NCBI GenBank assembly: GCA_965221925.1
Contig: OZ244924.1
Location: 328,989 to 392,988, forward strand
Length of the DNA stretch: 64,000 nt
Source: Dehalococcoidia bacterium
Lineage (GTDB): Bacteria > Chloroflexota > Dehalococcoidia > Lucifugimonadales > UBA2985
Reading direction: 5' to 3'
Part shown: in pieces, positions 48,211 to 56,546 of the stretch
How positions within the stretch are numbered: the stretch's first letter is position 1
Layout of the letters: the number at the start of each line of letters is the position of its first letter
Notes under the pieces: generated by a model
What the model was told of the DNA's origin: nothing
Databases searched by the model: none
Seen by the model: the letters and a program-made list of their open reading frames with translations, nothing else
Position numbers and translations under genes: made by a program

Positions 48211-49904
48211 CCGAGCAGGTCGAACCAGTCGCTCAGCCCGCCTGCGGGCGTCTGCTCGGCGGGCGGTTCGACCGGCTCAGGCTCCGGCATGACCAGGACC
48301 TCGAAGGGGTCGTCAGCCCCCACGCGAGACGCCAGGGCCAGCGTCTCGTCACGACTCCGGCTGATGGGGGATCGCTCCACCACCTCGGCCTTGACGTGCT
48401 CCTTGTGCAGGACGTCCACCGTCACCTCCTTGGCGATGGTGGCGCTGGGGACGTAGGCGTACGCCGTCGCGGTGGCGGTCGACGTGGCGCCGTCATCGCA
48501 GGTGGCCGTCGCCGTCTCACTGTCCGAGTCGCTGTCCCCTGGCCGATGGAGGCGCACCGTCTTGGTGACCTGCTCCACCCGCTCCGGGTGGTGAGTGAGC
48601 CGCGTCAGCGGTGGGATCGGGATGCTCAGGGACGCGTCAAGGCTCATGTCCACGCTCACGGCGTGAATCGCCCTACCATCCCCGACGGGAAGCCGGAAGC
48701 GCGTCTCGCCGCCCGCGACGAACGTGACGCTCGTGTGGGCCGCGCCGGTCGCTGCGGCGACGGTCCCAGTGATGGCGGTCACCTGGGCGTCCATGAGCGC
48801 CGTCTCGGTGACGCTGGCGTGTCCCGCCACCGTCTGAAGGCTGACCGCCTCCTCGAAGGCGGACACGCACTCGGAAGCGACGGCCCCCTCGATTGCCCCC
48901 GGACTCCAGCCCAGGGAGACGACCCGCAGGTCGCACAGCTCCCCGTCGATGGCCGGGAGGGGGTAGGGGATCTGCTCGCTCTCGACAGTGACGGCCCCAG
49001 CCTGCCCCAGCGTGTCCTCCCACGAGACGGTGAAGGACGGGCTGGGTCCGTGCAGGGGGAGGGAGTATTCGATCCGCTCCCCCTCGTCCAGGGAGGCCGA
49101 TCCCCAGAAGCGCAGCGAGCTGCCCTCCGGCCCGCCGAAGGCCCGCACCCGGATGTCCAGGGGGGTGGCGGCCCGCAGGATGACGGCGGCCCGGTCGCCG
49201 GAGACGCTCAGCCCCTCGACGAAGAGCCGTCGCCCTTCGACCGGCTCCTCGACCTCGAAGTCGATCTCGTCGCGCCAGGGTTCGTGGCCGTCGGCAAGGG
49301 CGGCCTGGGGGACGGCGACCGCCGCCGCGAGGGCGACGACGGCCGCGATTGCCAGGAAGCCCTTCGGGAGCTTGCTTTGCCGGGATTTCCGGCTCCCCTC
49401 TCCGTTGCCGTTGATGTTGTCCTTGTCCGTCCTCCTTGGCTTGCCGAACCAGCGGTGCGGACGGAAGGGCATCCGCCCGCCCTTCCGCTCCCGGGACTTG
49501 CGCTTGGGACGGAGGCGGCGCAGGGTCTTGCCCGCCCGCCTCGCCATCAGCTGCAGGGGGCCGGGGCCGCTCTTGTCCGGCTGCGCCGGCGCGGGCGGTT
49601 CGCTGCGCACCAGCTCGGACGGCGGACCGGCGTAGAGCCTCGCCCCCAGCCGGTATTTCAGCAGGTCGGCGGCCACCAGGGGCAGCCGCCGACCGCCTAT
49701 CTTCCCGGCGACGGCGGCGATCCCCGCCAGGCCCAGGAGGACGGCCAGCGCCATCCGCACCTCGGACGGCCCGACGGGGGCGTAGCGGTATGCGCCGTAG
49801 GACAGGGCGCACACCGCCATCATCGCCACGACCTGCGGGAAGGTGAACCACAGCAGCACCCTGTCCTCGGCCTGCACGTGGGTCGGCACCTCGTGTTCTC
49901 TCAT
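48192..49904 (-). CDS. PrgI/VirB3-like N-terminal membrane domain with a large extracytoplasmic C-terminal region
   Basis: HVQAEDRVLLWFTFPQVVAMMAV followed by two TM helices resembles PrgI-family proteins of Gram-positive T4SS. The remaining ~400 aa are not recognised. Confidence 0.4.
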   Translation of the reverse strand: MREHEVPTHVQAEDRVLLWFTFPQVVAMMAVCALSYGAYRYAPVGPSEVRMALAVLLGLAGIAAVAGKIGGRRLPLVAADLLKYRLGARLYAGPPSELVRSEPPAPAQPDKSGPGPLQLMARRAGKTLRRLRPKRKSRERKGGRMPFRPHRWFGKPRRTDKDNINGNGEGSRKSRQSKLPKGFLAIAAVVALAAAVAVPQAALADGHEPWRDEIDFEVEEPVEGRRLFVEGLSVSGDRAAVILRAATPLDIRVRAFGGPEGSSLRFWGSASLDEGERIEYSLPLHGPSPSFTVSWEDTLGQAGAVTVESEQIPYPLPAIDGELCDLRVVSLGWSPGAIEGAVASECVSAFEEAVSLQTVAGHASVTETALMDAQVTAITGTVAAATGAAHTSVTFVAGGETRFRLPVGDGRAIHAVSVDMSLDASLSIPIPPLTRLTHHPERVEQVTKTVRLHRPGDSDSDSETATATCDDGATSTATATAYAYVPSATIAKEVTVDVLHKEHVKAEVVERSPISRSRDETLALASRVGADDPFEVLVMPEPEPVEPPAEQTPAGGLSDWFDLLGWEWPW

Positions 49905-49916
49905 AGCCTTTCCTCC

Positions 49917-50192
49917 TTAATCGGTTTCGCCGGGATTGGGCACGATGGGGTCCACCGGCGATCCGACGACCGCGTTCATCACCAGCTCGATGACGCCGTA
50001 GGCCACCATGGCCAGCACGACGCCGGCGAGGGCGGTCATCATGGCGCTCTTGCCCCGCTCCATCTGGTGGGGCGCTCCCGAGGCCGTCAGGTACAGGTAG
50101 GCCCCGTAGATGAAGAAGCCCACGCCAACGACCCCCACGACGCCCAGCAGGATGCCCACCAGGTTCGATATGGTCTGTGTCAGGTCTTCCAT
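49917..50192 (-). CDS. small two-TM membrane protein (pilin/VirB2-like topology)
   Basis: 91 aa with two long hydrophobic helices. Position within the T4SS-like operon. Confidence 0.4.
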   Translation of the reverse strand: MEDLTQTISNLVGILLGVVGVVGVGFFIYGAYLYLTASGAPHQMERGKSAMMTALAGVVLAMVAYGVIELVMNAVVGSPVDPIVPNPGETD

Positions 50193-50338
50193 TCGTTTTC
50201 TCCTCTCTGTCTTCAGAGTGTTCCGCTTGCGTTCTTCCGTTCCGTTGCGTCCGCTCGCCTACTGGCACATCGCTCCACCTCCTTCGCTTGATCGTTGGCG
50301 CGAATCCCGTTCGCGCCGTTCTGAGTTGTCGTTTTCAG

Positions 50339-51322
50339 CTACTCCCCCGCGCTCCGGGGGGCGTCTCCCCCGCCGCCGTCTCCGCCCGCCGATGGGGTCG
50401 CCATCGAAGCCGCCGAGCTGAGGCCGCTGCCAGCCGCCGACAGGCCAGCGCTGGCGGCAACCGCACCCACCGCAACGCCGCCCGGCCCTCCGGCGGCCCC
50501 GCCCGCCAGCAGCCCGATGGTCCGGGCGGACCGCACCATCGAGGAGGGCAGATTCATGCCGAAATAGAGCATCGAGAGCCAGGAGTCGAAGGTCCCGGAG
50601 TTGCCCAACATGGCGGGCACCCGGGTCGCCATGTAGATGAAGCCCAGCGACATGAGGAGCTTCCACACCAGGTCCTGCACCGGCTCGAAGGCCGCTATCG
50701 CGGCGAACTCCTTGAGGAAGCCGAACCCCAACGCCAGGGCGATGAGCTGGATCGCCTGCTGGAACACCGTCGTCATGAACAGCCGGAGCCAGTGGCGGCC
50801 CCAGCCCGCCGTGTGGGGCAATATCCACAGCCCCAGGGCAATCGGGGCCAGGGCCAGCAGGATGTCAATGAGGGCCAGTCGCAGCACCATCTGCACGATG
50901 ACGTAGAGGACGAAAAAGCCGTAGACCAGGTAGAGCAGTGCCAGCAGCAGGGCCATGCCCACGCTCCCGGCCTGAACCGCCGTCATCAGCGTGCGGAGCG
51001 TCGAGCGCAGCATGTCTCCGGGGGTGACGTTCAGGGAGAAGGCGACGAAGCCGGACACGGCGTCGGCCACGTCGATGACCAGGGCGCACCACCACAGGGA
51101 CGATGCCGCGGCCACCAGGCCCAGCGCCAGGCGGGGCACCATCTCCCGCCAGCCCGCCTGACGGGTCCCCAGGTGCTCGGCCATGATGAAGCTCAGCCCC
51201 ATCCAGCCGAGGATGACCGCCAGAGCGGCGGAGGTTATGGCCCAGACGACCATCCACGCCTGCTGCACTAGCCAGTGGCCGTAGGTGAGGTCGGCGGGAG
51301 TCCCGGTGAGGATGTCGCTCAT
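50339..51322 (-). CDS. polytopic membrane protein (VirB6/TrbL-like)
   Basis: 327 aa with at least 6 predicted TM helices and a Gly/Ala/Ser-rich C-terminal tail. Operon context supports the call. Confidence 0.45.
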   Translation of the reverse strand: MSDILTGTPADLTYGHWLVQQAWMVVWAITSAALAVILGWMGLSFIMAEHLGTRQAGWREMVPRLALGLVAAASSLWWCALVIDVADAVSGFVAFSLNVTPGDMLRSTLRTLMTAVQAGSVGMALLLALLYLVYGFFVLYVIVQMVLRLALIDILLALAPIALGLWILPHTAGWGRHWLRLFMTTVFQQAIQLIALALGFGFLKEFAAIAAFEPVQDLVWKLLMSLGFIYMATRVPAMLGNSGTFDSWLSMLYFGMNLPSSMVRSARTIGLLAGGAAGGPGGVAVGAVAASAGLSAAGSGLSSAASMATPSAGGDGGGGDAPRSAGE

Positions 51323-51325
51323 GGG

Positions 51326-51970
51326 CTAACTCCCTCCCCGGCAGTTGTCGGCGTCCTCGCCGGACGCCCGCTCAACGACGCCGCAGAGGGTCCCGTGGAC
51401 TCCCTCGATGACCCAGCCGGCGAAGGCCCTCGCCCAGCGCGCCGGGTTGAGTGCGCTCAGAATCTTGTCCCAGATGCGCCCCGGCTGGTGGATGGGGACC
51501 ACCGCGTAGAAGTCTCCTCGCTCACCGCCGTCGGCCACCGCCAGCATGACCAGCAGGTAGGCCCGGTCGCGGTCGAGCTCGGGGTGCTCGTCCAGGTCGG
51601 GGTACTCCCAGGAGTACTCCCAGCCGTCGCTGCGTTTCTTCTCGCCGCCCTTCACCCGGTACATGGCGCTTATCCAGTCGCCGGTGTCGGCGTCGCGGAC
51701 GGCGTAGAAGAGGTTCGCGATCTTCCGGTCGAAGACGGGCCTTGCGACGAACTCGCCGCCGCCCTTGCGCTCGACGAACTCCCGGTCGGCGTTGACCAGA
51801 GCCGGCCCCGTACTTGATACGGGGACGATCTCGTCGCCAGGCGGCGATTGGGCTAGGGCGAGGTTGCTTGCGGGGATTGCCAGCAGCGCCGCCAGGAGCA
51901 GCGCGGCGGCCACGGGCATCAGCCGCCTGGCTCTGCCAAGGGTCCTTCGGACGGTCGATTTCGCTCCCAC
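51326..51970 (-). CDS. secreted hypothetical protein, first gene of the T4SS-like operon
   Basis: 214 aa with a signal peptide (RRLMPVAAALLLAALLAIPASNLALA). Contains a 27-nt hairpin element in frame at 51798-51824. Confidence 0.55.
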   Translation of the reverse strand: MGAKSTVRRTLGRARRLMPVAAALLLAALLAIPASNLALAQSPPGDEIVPVSSTGPALVNADREFVERKGGGEFVARPVFDRKIANLFYAVRDADTGDWISAMYRVKGGEKKRSDGWEYSWEYPDLDEHPELDRDRAYLLVMLAVADGGERGDFYAVVPIHQPGRIWDKILSALNPARWARAFAGWVIEGVHGTLCGVVERASGEDADNCRGGS

Positions 51971-52139
51971 GTCTTCGCCTCCTCTTCGTCAATGGGGTCG
52001 TCTGCCTCCCGTCGAGTCTGGGGAGTCGAAATCCGCTTAGGAATGGTGCGTGAGGGGGACACGCGCAGGGGTCCCCCTCACGGGGCCTGCCTATCGGAGG
52101 CCCGTTGTGATGTCATGGGGGTGTACAGGGATGTGCGTC

Positions 52140-52330
52140 AGTTGCAGAAAGGCAAGTCGGGGCGGTTTCCAACGTGAAACAGGGGGAAGAGAGGCGAGAT
52201 GGAGCAAGGTAGCAAGCAATGTTTCGTCGGGGAGGTTTCCACGGATTGGGGGCGAGTTGCACAAAGTCAAGTCGGCAAGACAGCCGCATCGGAGCAAGCA
52301 ATTCGGTGGAGGGGCCGATTGCGGGGGAGA
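52140..52330. repeat. iteron-like repeat cluster, right copy (inverted relative to 34030-34200)
   Basis: The reverse complement contains AATTGCTTGCTCCGA (52289-52303) and CATTGCTTGCT (about 52211-52221), with CGACTT...TGCAACT units. Confidence 0.6.
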
Positions 52331-52384
52331 GAAGCCCCTACAGGACAGCCCCCTATCGGACATGAGAGCGAGGAGGTTTGACGC

Positions 52385-53329
52385 ATGGACGAGAAGCGGG
52401 TGAACGGCACAGAGGCGGATGAGGCCCAGGCGACGGAGGCGCAGTGGGACGAGGACGAGGCCGGCGGGACGCTGGAGGACGGCACGCTGCCTGTCGGCGA
52501 GGGGAGCGACGGCCTGGACGTGGCGAAGATGCGGCGGCTCAGGCTCACCGGGTTCCTGCGGGAGCTGGTGCGGGCGGAGGGCCGGATGGAGGCGGCGGAG
52601 CTGCTGGGAGTGGCGTACCGCACGCTGGTGAAGGCCGAGGAGTCGGGCGAGCTGACCGGGCGCATGAGCGATGCGCTGGAGCGGCTGCTGGGCACGGGCG
52701 AGGACCCCGAAGCGGCGAGGCTGCGGGAGCGCGTCGGCGCGCTGGAGGAGCGCGTGGAGGCGCTGGCGAAGGAGATGCGGGACGGCCTCGAAGAGGTCAG
52801 GTCCTCCGTCGCTGGCGTCGAGGCCGGAGACAGAGCGGACGGACAGACTCAGGATGGGGCGAACGGTCGGGTCGATGGTCAGGCCGGGGGGCATGGCAAG
52901 AGGGCGGGCCGGTCGGAGACCAGGGCCGCCCCTCCGGTTGCGGGGTTAGGCCCGAAGAGTCCCTTCGCTGCGCGGCGGCTGGACCCGGAGATCGTCACCG
53001 AGGAGCCTGCCGACGATGACGCCGAGGTCTACGGCGCGGCGTGGCCGCTGGTCGAGGAGTGGCGAGAGCGGCGGTTCGGGCACCCCCGCCAGGGGAAGAG
53101 CCTGTCGTGGCTGGCGACGGAGAAGCGGCTGCTGACGTTGGAGCTGGCGATGCTGGAGGAGCACGGGCTGACGCTGCCTCCTGAGAAGCAGCCGCTCAGG
53201 GGGTTCGGGCGCAAGGGTCAGACCAGCTGGCGCAGGAAGGCGCTCTACGACACGCAAGTGGCGTTGAGAAAGCGGGAGTTGCTGCGCTGGGTGCGGCGGG
53301 TCCTCACCCTGTGGCTGTGGCGGAAGTAG
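52385..53329 (+). CDS. coiled-coil/HTH-like protein (unknown function), paralog of 32535-33431
   Basis: 314 aa with a GAGGAGG SD. Divergently oriented to the T4SS-like operon. Confidence 0.6.
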   Translation: MDEKRVNGTEADEAQATEAQWDEDEAGGTLEDGTLPVGEGSDGLDVAKMRRLRLTGFLRELVRAEGRMEAAELLGVAYRTLVKAEESGELTGRMSDALERLLGTGEDPEAARLRERVGALEERVEALAKEMRDGLEEVRSSVAGVEAGDRADGQTQDGANGRVDGQAGGHGKRAGRSETRAAPPVAGLGPKSPFAARRLDPEIVTEEPADDDAEVYGAAWPLVEEWRERRFGHPRQGKSLSWLATEKRLLTLELAMLEEHGLTLPPEKQPLRGFGRKGQTSWRRKALYDTQVALRKRELLRWVRRVLTLWLWRK

Positions 53330-53407
53330 GGCCTGGCTGCGGTGTTGGCTGCGTTGCCACATCGCGGCAAGTGATTTGGGTCGAGATGGCCCCAAACTCC
53401 CTCGGAA

Positions 53408-53877
53408 GCCTTCCATCCGGTCGGATGTTCGGGCGATAATTGACGCAGTTTCTGGCTTTTCCAGCGTTTCGTGCCTAGAAACCTGGAGGATTCCCGTCCC
53501 CCGAATCCGGGACCGGCTGCATAGGATCGAGCCTTGCTCTCCGAACAGCCACCCAGGGGTCGAACCGGAAGGATTGAGCCTCGCTCTCCCGATGGTCGCC
53601 CCGGAGGACACATTCGCAGCGGTTGGAGCGTCTCTCGCTTCGGCCCCTCGGACACCCTGGTCGGAGTGCGCCCTGCACACTGGCCGGTTCCTCACGTCTG
53701 CGGCATGGTTCCTGTGGAACTGGTCGCAGCTTCACCACGCGCCGGTCTGCCATTGCAAGCTGGCTGGCCGCTTCCCCTTCGCGCAGCATCCCAGGACGTT
53801 ACCGACGTAGCTCCCGGGTCTCGCTGCGTCTCACCGGGCCGTCCTGTGGTTGATCTGCAGGCCGGTCGGTTCTCCCC
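53408..53877 (+). repeat. conserved non-coding blocks, right copy
   Basis: Near-identical to the reverse complement of 31965-32455 in three blocks (about 53408-53490, 53648-53750, 53766-53877). Confidence 0.8.
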
Positions 53878-54050
53878 CATTCCATAGCAGCTCCCACGAG
53901 TCCGTTCCCGTGATGTGACCCTGGCCGAGCTGCGTCTTCTTTCAACACGGCGTCTCCCTCGTTCGGCTCATCGTCGGACTGCGGGCGTCGTCGGCACGGC
54001 CACACGGATTCAACGGCAACGGCATGAGATTCAGCAAGGAGGTAGCGCAC

Positions 54051-54323
54051 ATGGACAGGCAAGTTGGTCGGTATCAGAAGGTCGAACGGCAGGTGATCGG
54101 CGACCGCGTGGTCCTCAACCCACGCACCCGCCTCTGCTCCCTGCGAGACGCCGAGGGCAACGTCTTCGACACGTTCAGGCTGTCTCTCGAGGTCTGCGGC
54201 TGCGGGTACTCCTTCGCGCGGGCGGGGGTGGGCTACAGAGGCTCGGACGGCTGGTACTGCAAGCGATGCGGGCAGCTCACACATTGGACGGGGAGCAATC
54301 CGCGAGCGACCCGGCCCTCCTGA
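54051..54323 (+). CDS. small Cys-rich (zinc-ribbon-like) protein
   Basis: ATG 54051 has an AAGGAGGT SD. Contains CGCG ... CKRCG cysteine pairs. A truncated homolog start (MEVTGRYTVGRFKG*) is present in the left arm. Confidence 0.5.
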   Translation: MDRQVGRYQKVERQVIGDRVVLNPRTRLCSLRDAEGNVFDTFRLSLEVCGCGYSFARAGVGYRGSDGWYCKRCGQLTHWTGSNPRATRPS

Positions 54324-54437
54324 AGCCCGATCCATCGCGGGTAAGGGAGTTCGACGTGGGCATCCGGGTATCCCCCGACTGGTCCACGCCCAGCGACCTG
54401 TAGTCCGGCACGGGTCAACAACGGAAAGGAGGCGTCA

Positions 54438-54839
54438 ATGCACGTCAAGGACATCAAGGCAACGGTTTCAAGGGTCAAGGGACTCGCGGTCAAGGCGGGC
54501 GGGTTCATGCGGCGGCACAAGCGGCTGACAATAGCGGTCGTGGTCGCGGCGCTGCTGCTCGGGCCGCTGGTGACGACTGACGGCGAGCTGGTCTTCCTGA
54601 ACGCGGTCGGCCTCGGCCTCGGTGCGCTGCTGCTCAGGCGGTTCATCAGGCCCGGAGGCAGGCAGCGAACGGGACGGACGCAACAGGCACAACGGCAACG
54701 GACGGCAAAGGCAACAACACAGAACGAAGGAGGACACGATGACGACGCAAGCAACGACGATTGGTGGGACTGGGACAAGGCCGCGGCCAAGCCTCGAAGA
54801 GCTGGTCGACCGGCTGATAGCGGCGATGTTCAGGGCTGA
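54438..54839 (+). CDS. small membrane protein
   Basis: GGAAAGGAGG SD and two hydrophobic helices (LTIAVVVAALLLGPLV, VFLNAVGLGLGALLL). Its 3' end overlaps the next gene by about 100 nt, so the true end is uncertain. Confidence 0.4.
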   Translation: MHVKDIKATVSRVKGLAVKAGGFMRRHKRLTIAVVVAALLLGPLVTTDGELVFLNAVGLGLGALLLRRFIRPGGRQRTGRTQQAQRQRTAKATTQNEGGHDDDASNDDWWDWDKAAAKPRRAGRPADSGDVQG

Positions 54840-55206
54840 GCCGGAGAGGGCGCCGCAGGCGGAACCCCCCAGCGTGGCCCGCAGCGTCCATGAGGCGCGG
54901 CGGCTGCGGCAGGCGGGGGACATCGACGGGGCGCTGGAGGTCCTCGCCGGCGTGGACACGGCGGGGGCGGTGACTACGAAGGAGGCGCGGTGGGCCTACG
55001 CCGAATGGCAGGCGCTGGCGAAACGGCGCTTCGGTGACCGGGACGCGCTGGTCTACAGCCAGGGCACGGGCAAGGCAGCGGCGCTGGTTCCCACGGGCGA
55101 CGGGACGCTTGAGGTCGCGGCGGTCCTGGGGATGCGCTGGGAGCCGGGCAAGCTGGTCTCCCGGCGCAGCCTGCGGGGTCTGCGGCCCCTGAGCGGAGGT
55201 GCGTGA
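54739..55206 (+). CDS. hypothetical protein (intact copy of the 31081-31597 pseudogene)
   Basis: ATG 54739 has a GAAGGAGGA SD. Its stop overlaps the primase start. Confidence 0.55.
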   Translation: MTTQATTIGGTGTRPRPSLEELVDRLIAAMFRAEPERAPQAEPPSVARSVHEARRLRQAGDIDGALEVLAGVDTAGAVTTKEARWAYAEWQALAKRRFGDRDALVYSQGTGKAAALVPTGDGTLEVAAVLGMRWEPGKLVSRRSLRGLRPLSGGA

Positions 55207-56267
55207 TGGTCGTAGCCAATGCTTCCGTTGACATCCCGGCGCTGAAGGCCCGTCACCCCCTGGGCGACACGGTGGAGGCGTCGGGAGTGAGGCTGCGCGG
55301 TCGGGGCAGGGTCCGCCAGGGCGTCTGCCCCTTCCACGACGAGGCGGAGGGGAGCTTCACGGTGTACGCCGACACTGAGCGGTTCTACTGCTTCGGCTGC
55401 GGGCTGGGGGGCGACGTGCTGGACTTCATCCGGCGGGCCGAGAACCTGAGCCTGCCGGAGGCGATCCAGCGGCTGGACGGCGGCGCGTGGGTGGTTCCAG
55501 GGGCCGCCATCCGCTCCCAGGCGGCGGTCAAGCCTCGCGGCTCAACCGCCGCCGCGTTGCCTCCCAGGGACCCGTCGCTGCTGACGGCGGCGGCGCGGTT
55601 CTACGCCGGGCAGCTGCGGCGCAGCCCGGTTGCCAAGGAGTACCTTGCCTCGCGGGGCGTGGGTCTTGACTCCGCCTTGCGGCTCGGCCTCGGCTATGCG
55701 CCGGGACACGGGCTGCGGGAGGCCCTTGAGTCGGACGGCTTCGCCGCCGAGCGGCTCAGGGACTGCGGGCTGTTCATGGAGCGCGGGGGTGAGCGGTTCG
55801 CCGGCATGGTGGTCGTTCCCGACGCCTCCGGCGGCCTTGTTCACTGGCTCGTCGGGCGGGCCATAGACCCCGACCGGACGCCCCGGTTCCAGGCTCCTCC
55901 CGGCCCCAAGCCGGTGCTTGGACTTGGGCGTCTTGGAGTTGCGCCTCCTTGGGCGGTCGTTGCCGAGGGCGTCTTCGACTGGCTTGCCCTTGCCTGCTGG
56001 GGCGTCCCCGCCGTCTCTGCCCTGGGCGCCCAGGGGGTCGAGAAGGTGGCGGAGGGCTTGCGGGGCTGCCCCCAGGTCTTCCTTGCCTTCGACGCCGACG
56101 ATGCGGGCCTTGAGGCCACGGAGCGGCTTGCGGGCTTGCTTGGACGCCGGGCAGCCGCCGTCACCCTGCCCCAGGGCGTCGGCGACGTGGCCGAGCTTGC
56201 GGCCCTGCCCCACGGCCGCGCCGTATTCCTCCGCCTGCTGGCTCGGGCGGCGCGCTCCGCCCGCTAG
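55203..56267 (+). CDS. DnaG-like primase (CHC2 zinc finger plus TOPRIM)
   Basis: CPFHDEAEGSFTVY...FYCFGCGLGGDVLDF (CHC2 finger) and a TOPRIM-like EGVFDWLA...FLAFDADDAG. Start is GTG 55203 or ATG 55206. Confidence 0.8.
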   Translation: MMVVANASVDIPALKARHPLGDTVEASGVRLRGRGRVRQGVCPFHDEAEGSFTVYADTERFYCFGCGLGGDVLDFIRRAENLSLPEAIQRLDGGAWVVPGAAIRSQAAVKPRGSTAAALPPRDPSLLTAAARFYAGQLRRSPVAKEYLASRGVGLDSALRLGLGYAPGHGLREALESDGFAAERLRDCGLFMERGGERFAGMVVVPDASGGLVHWLVGRAIDPDRTPRFQAPPGPKPVLGLGRLGVAPPWAVVAEGVFDWLALACWGVPAVSALGAQGVEKVAEGLRGCPQVFLAFDADDAGLEATERLAGLLGRRAAAVTLPQGVGDVAELAALPHGRAVFLRLLARAARSAR

Positions 56268-56546
56268 CGACTCCTTCCCCGCTTCTCACTTCCCACCACA
56301 CTTCCCCTCTACCGGAGCCTGCCTCGCTCCGGCCCTGCTTGCGGGACTCCCTCCCGCTTTCCCGATTCCCACTCTCACCCCCCAGAGCCTGCCCCCGACT
56401 CCGATCGGGGGAGGAGCTATGCCCAATGCACGACGGGCCTTGCCCGCCCACGGCTTCCCGTAGAGCCTGCCCCGTACTTGATACGGGGGGAATCCGCACC
56501 GGCTATTCGCTACAGGAACACACCACACAGACAGAAGGAGACAGAC

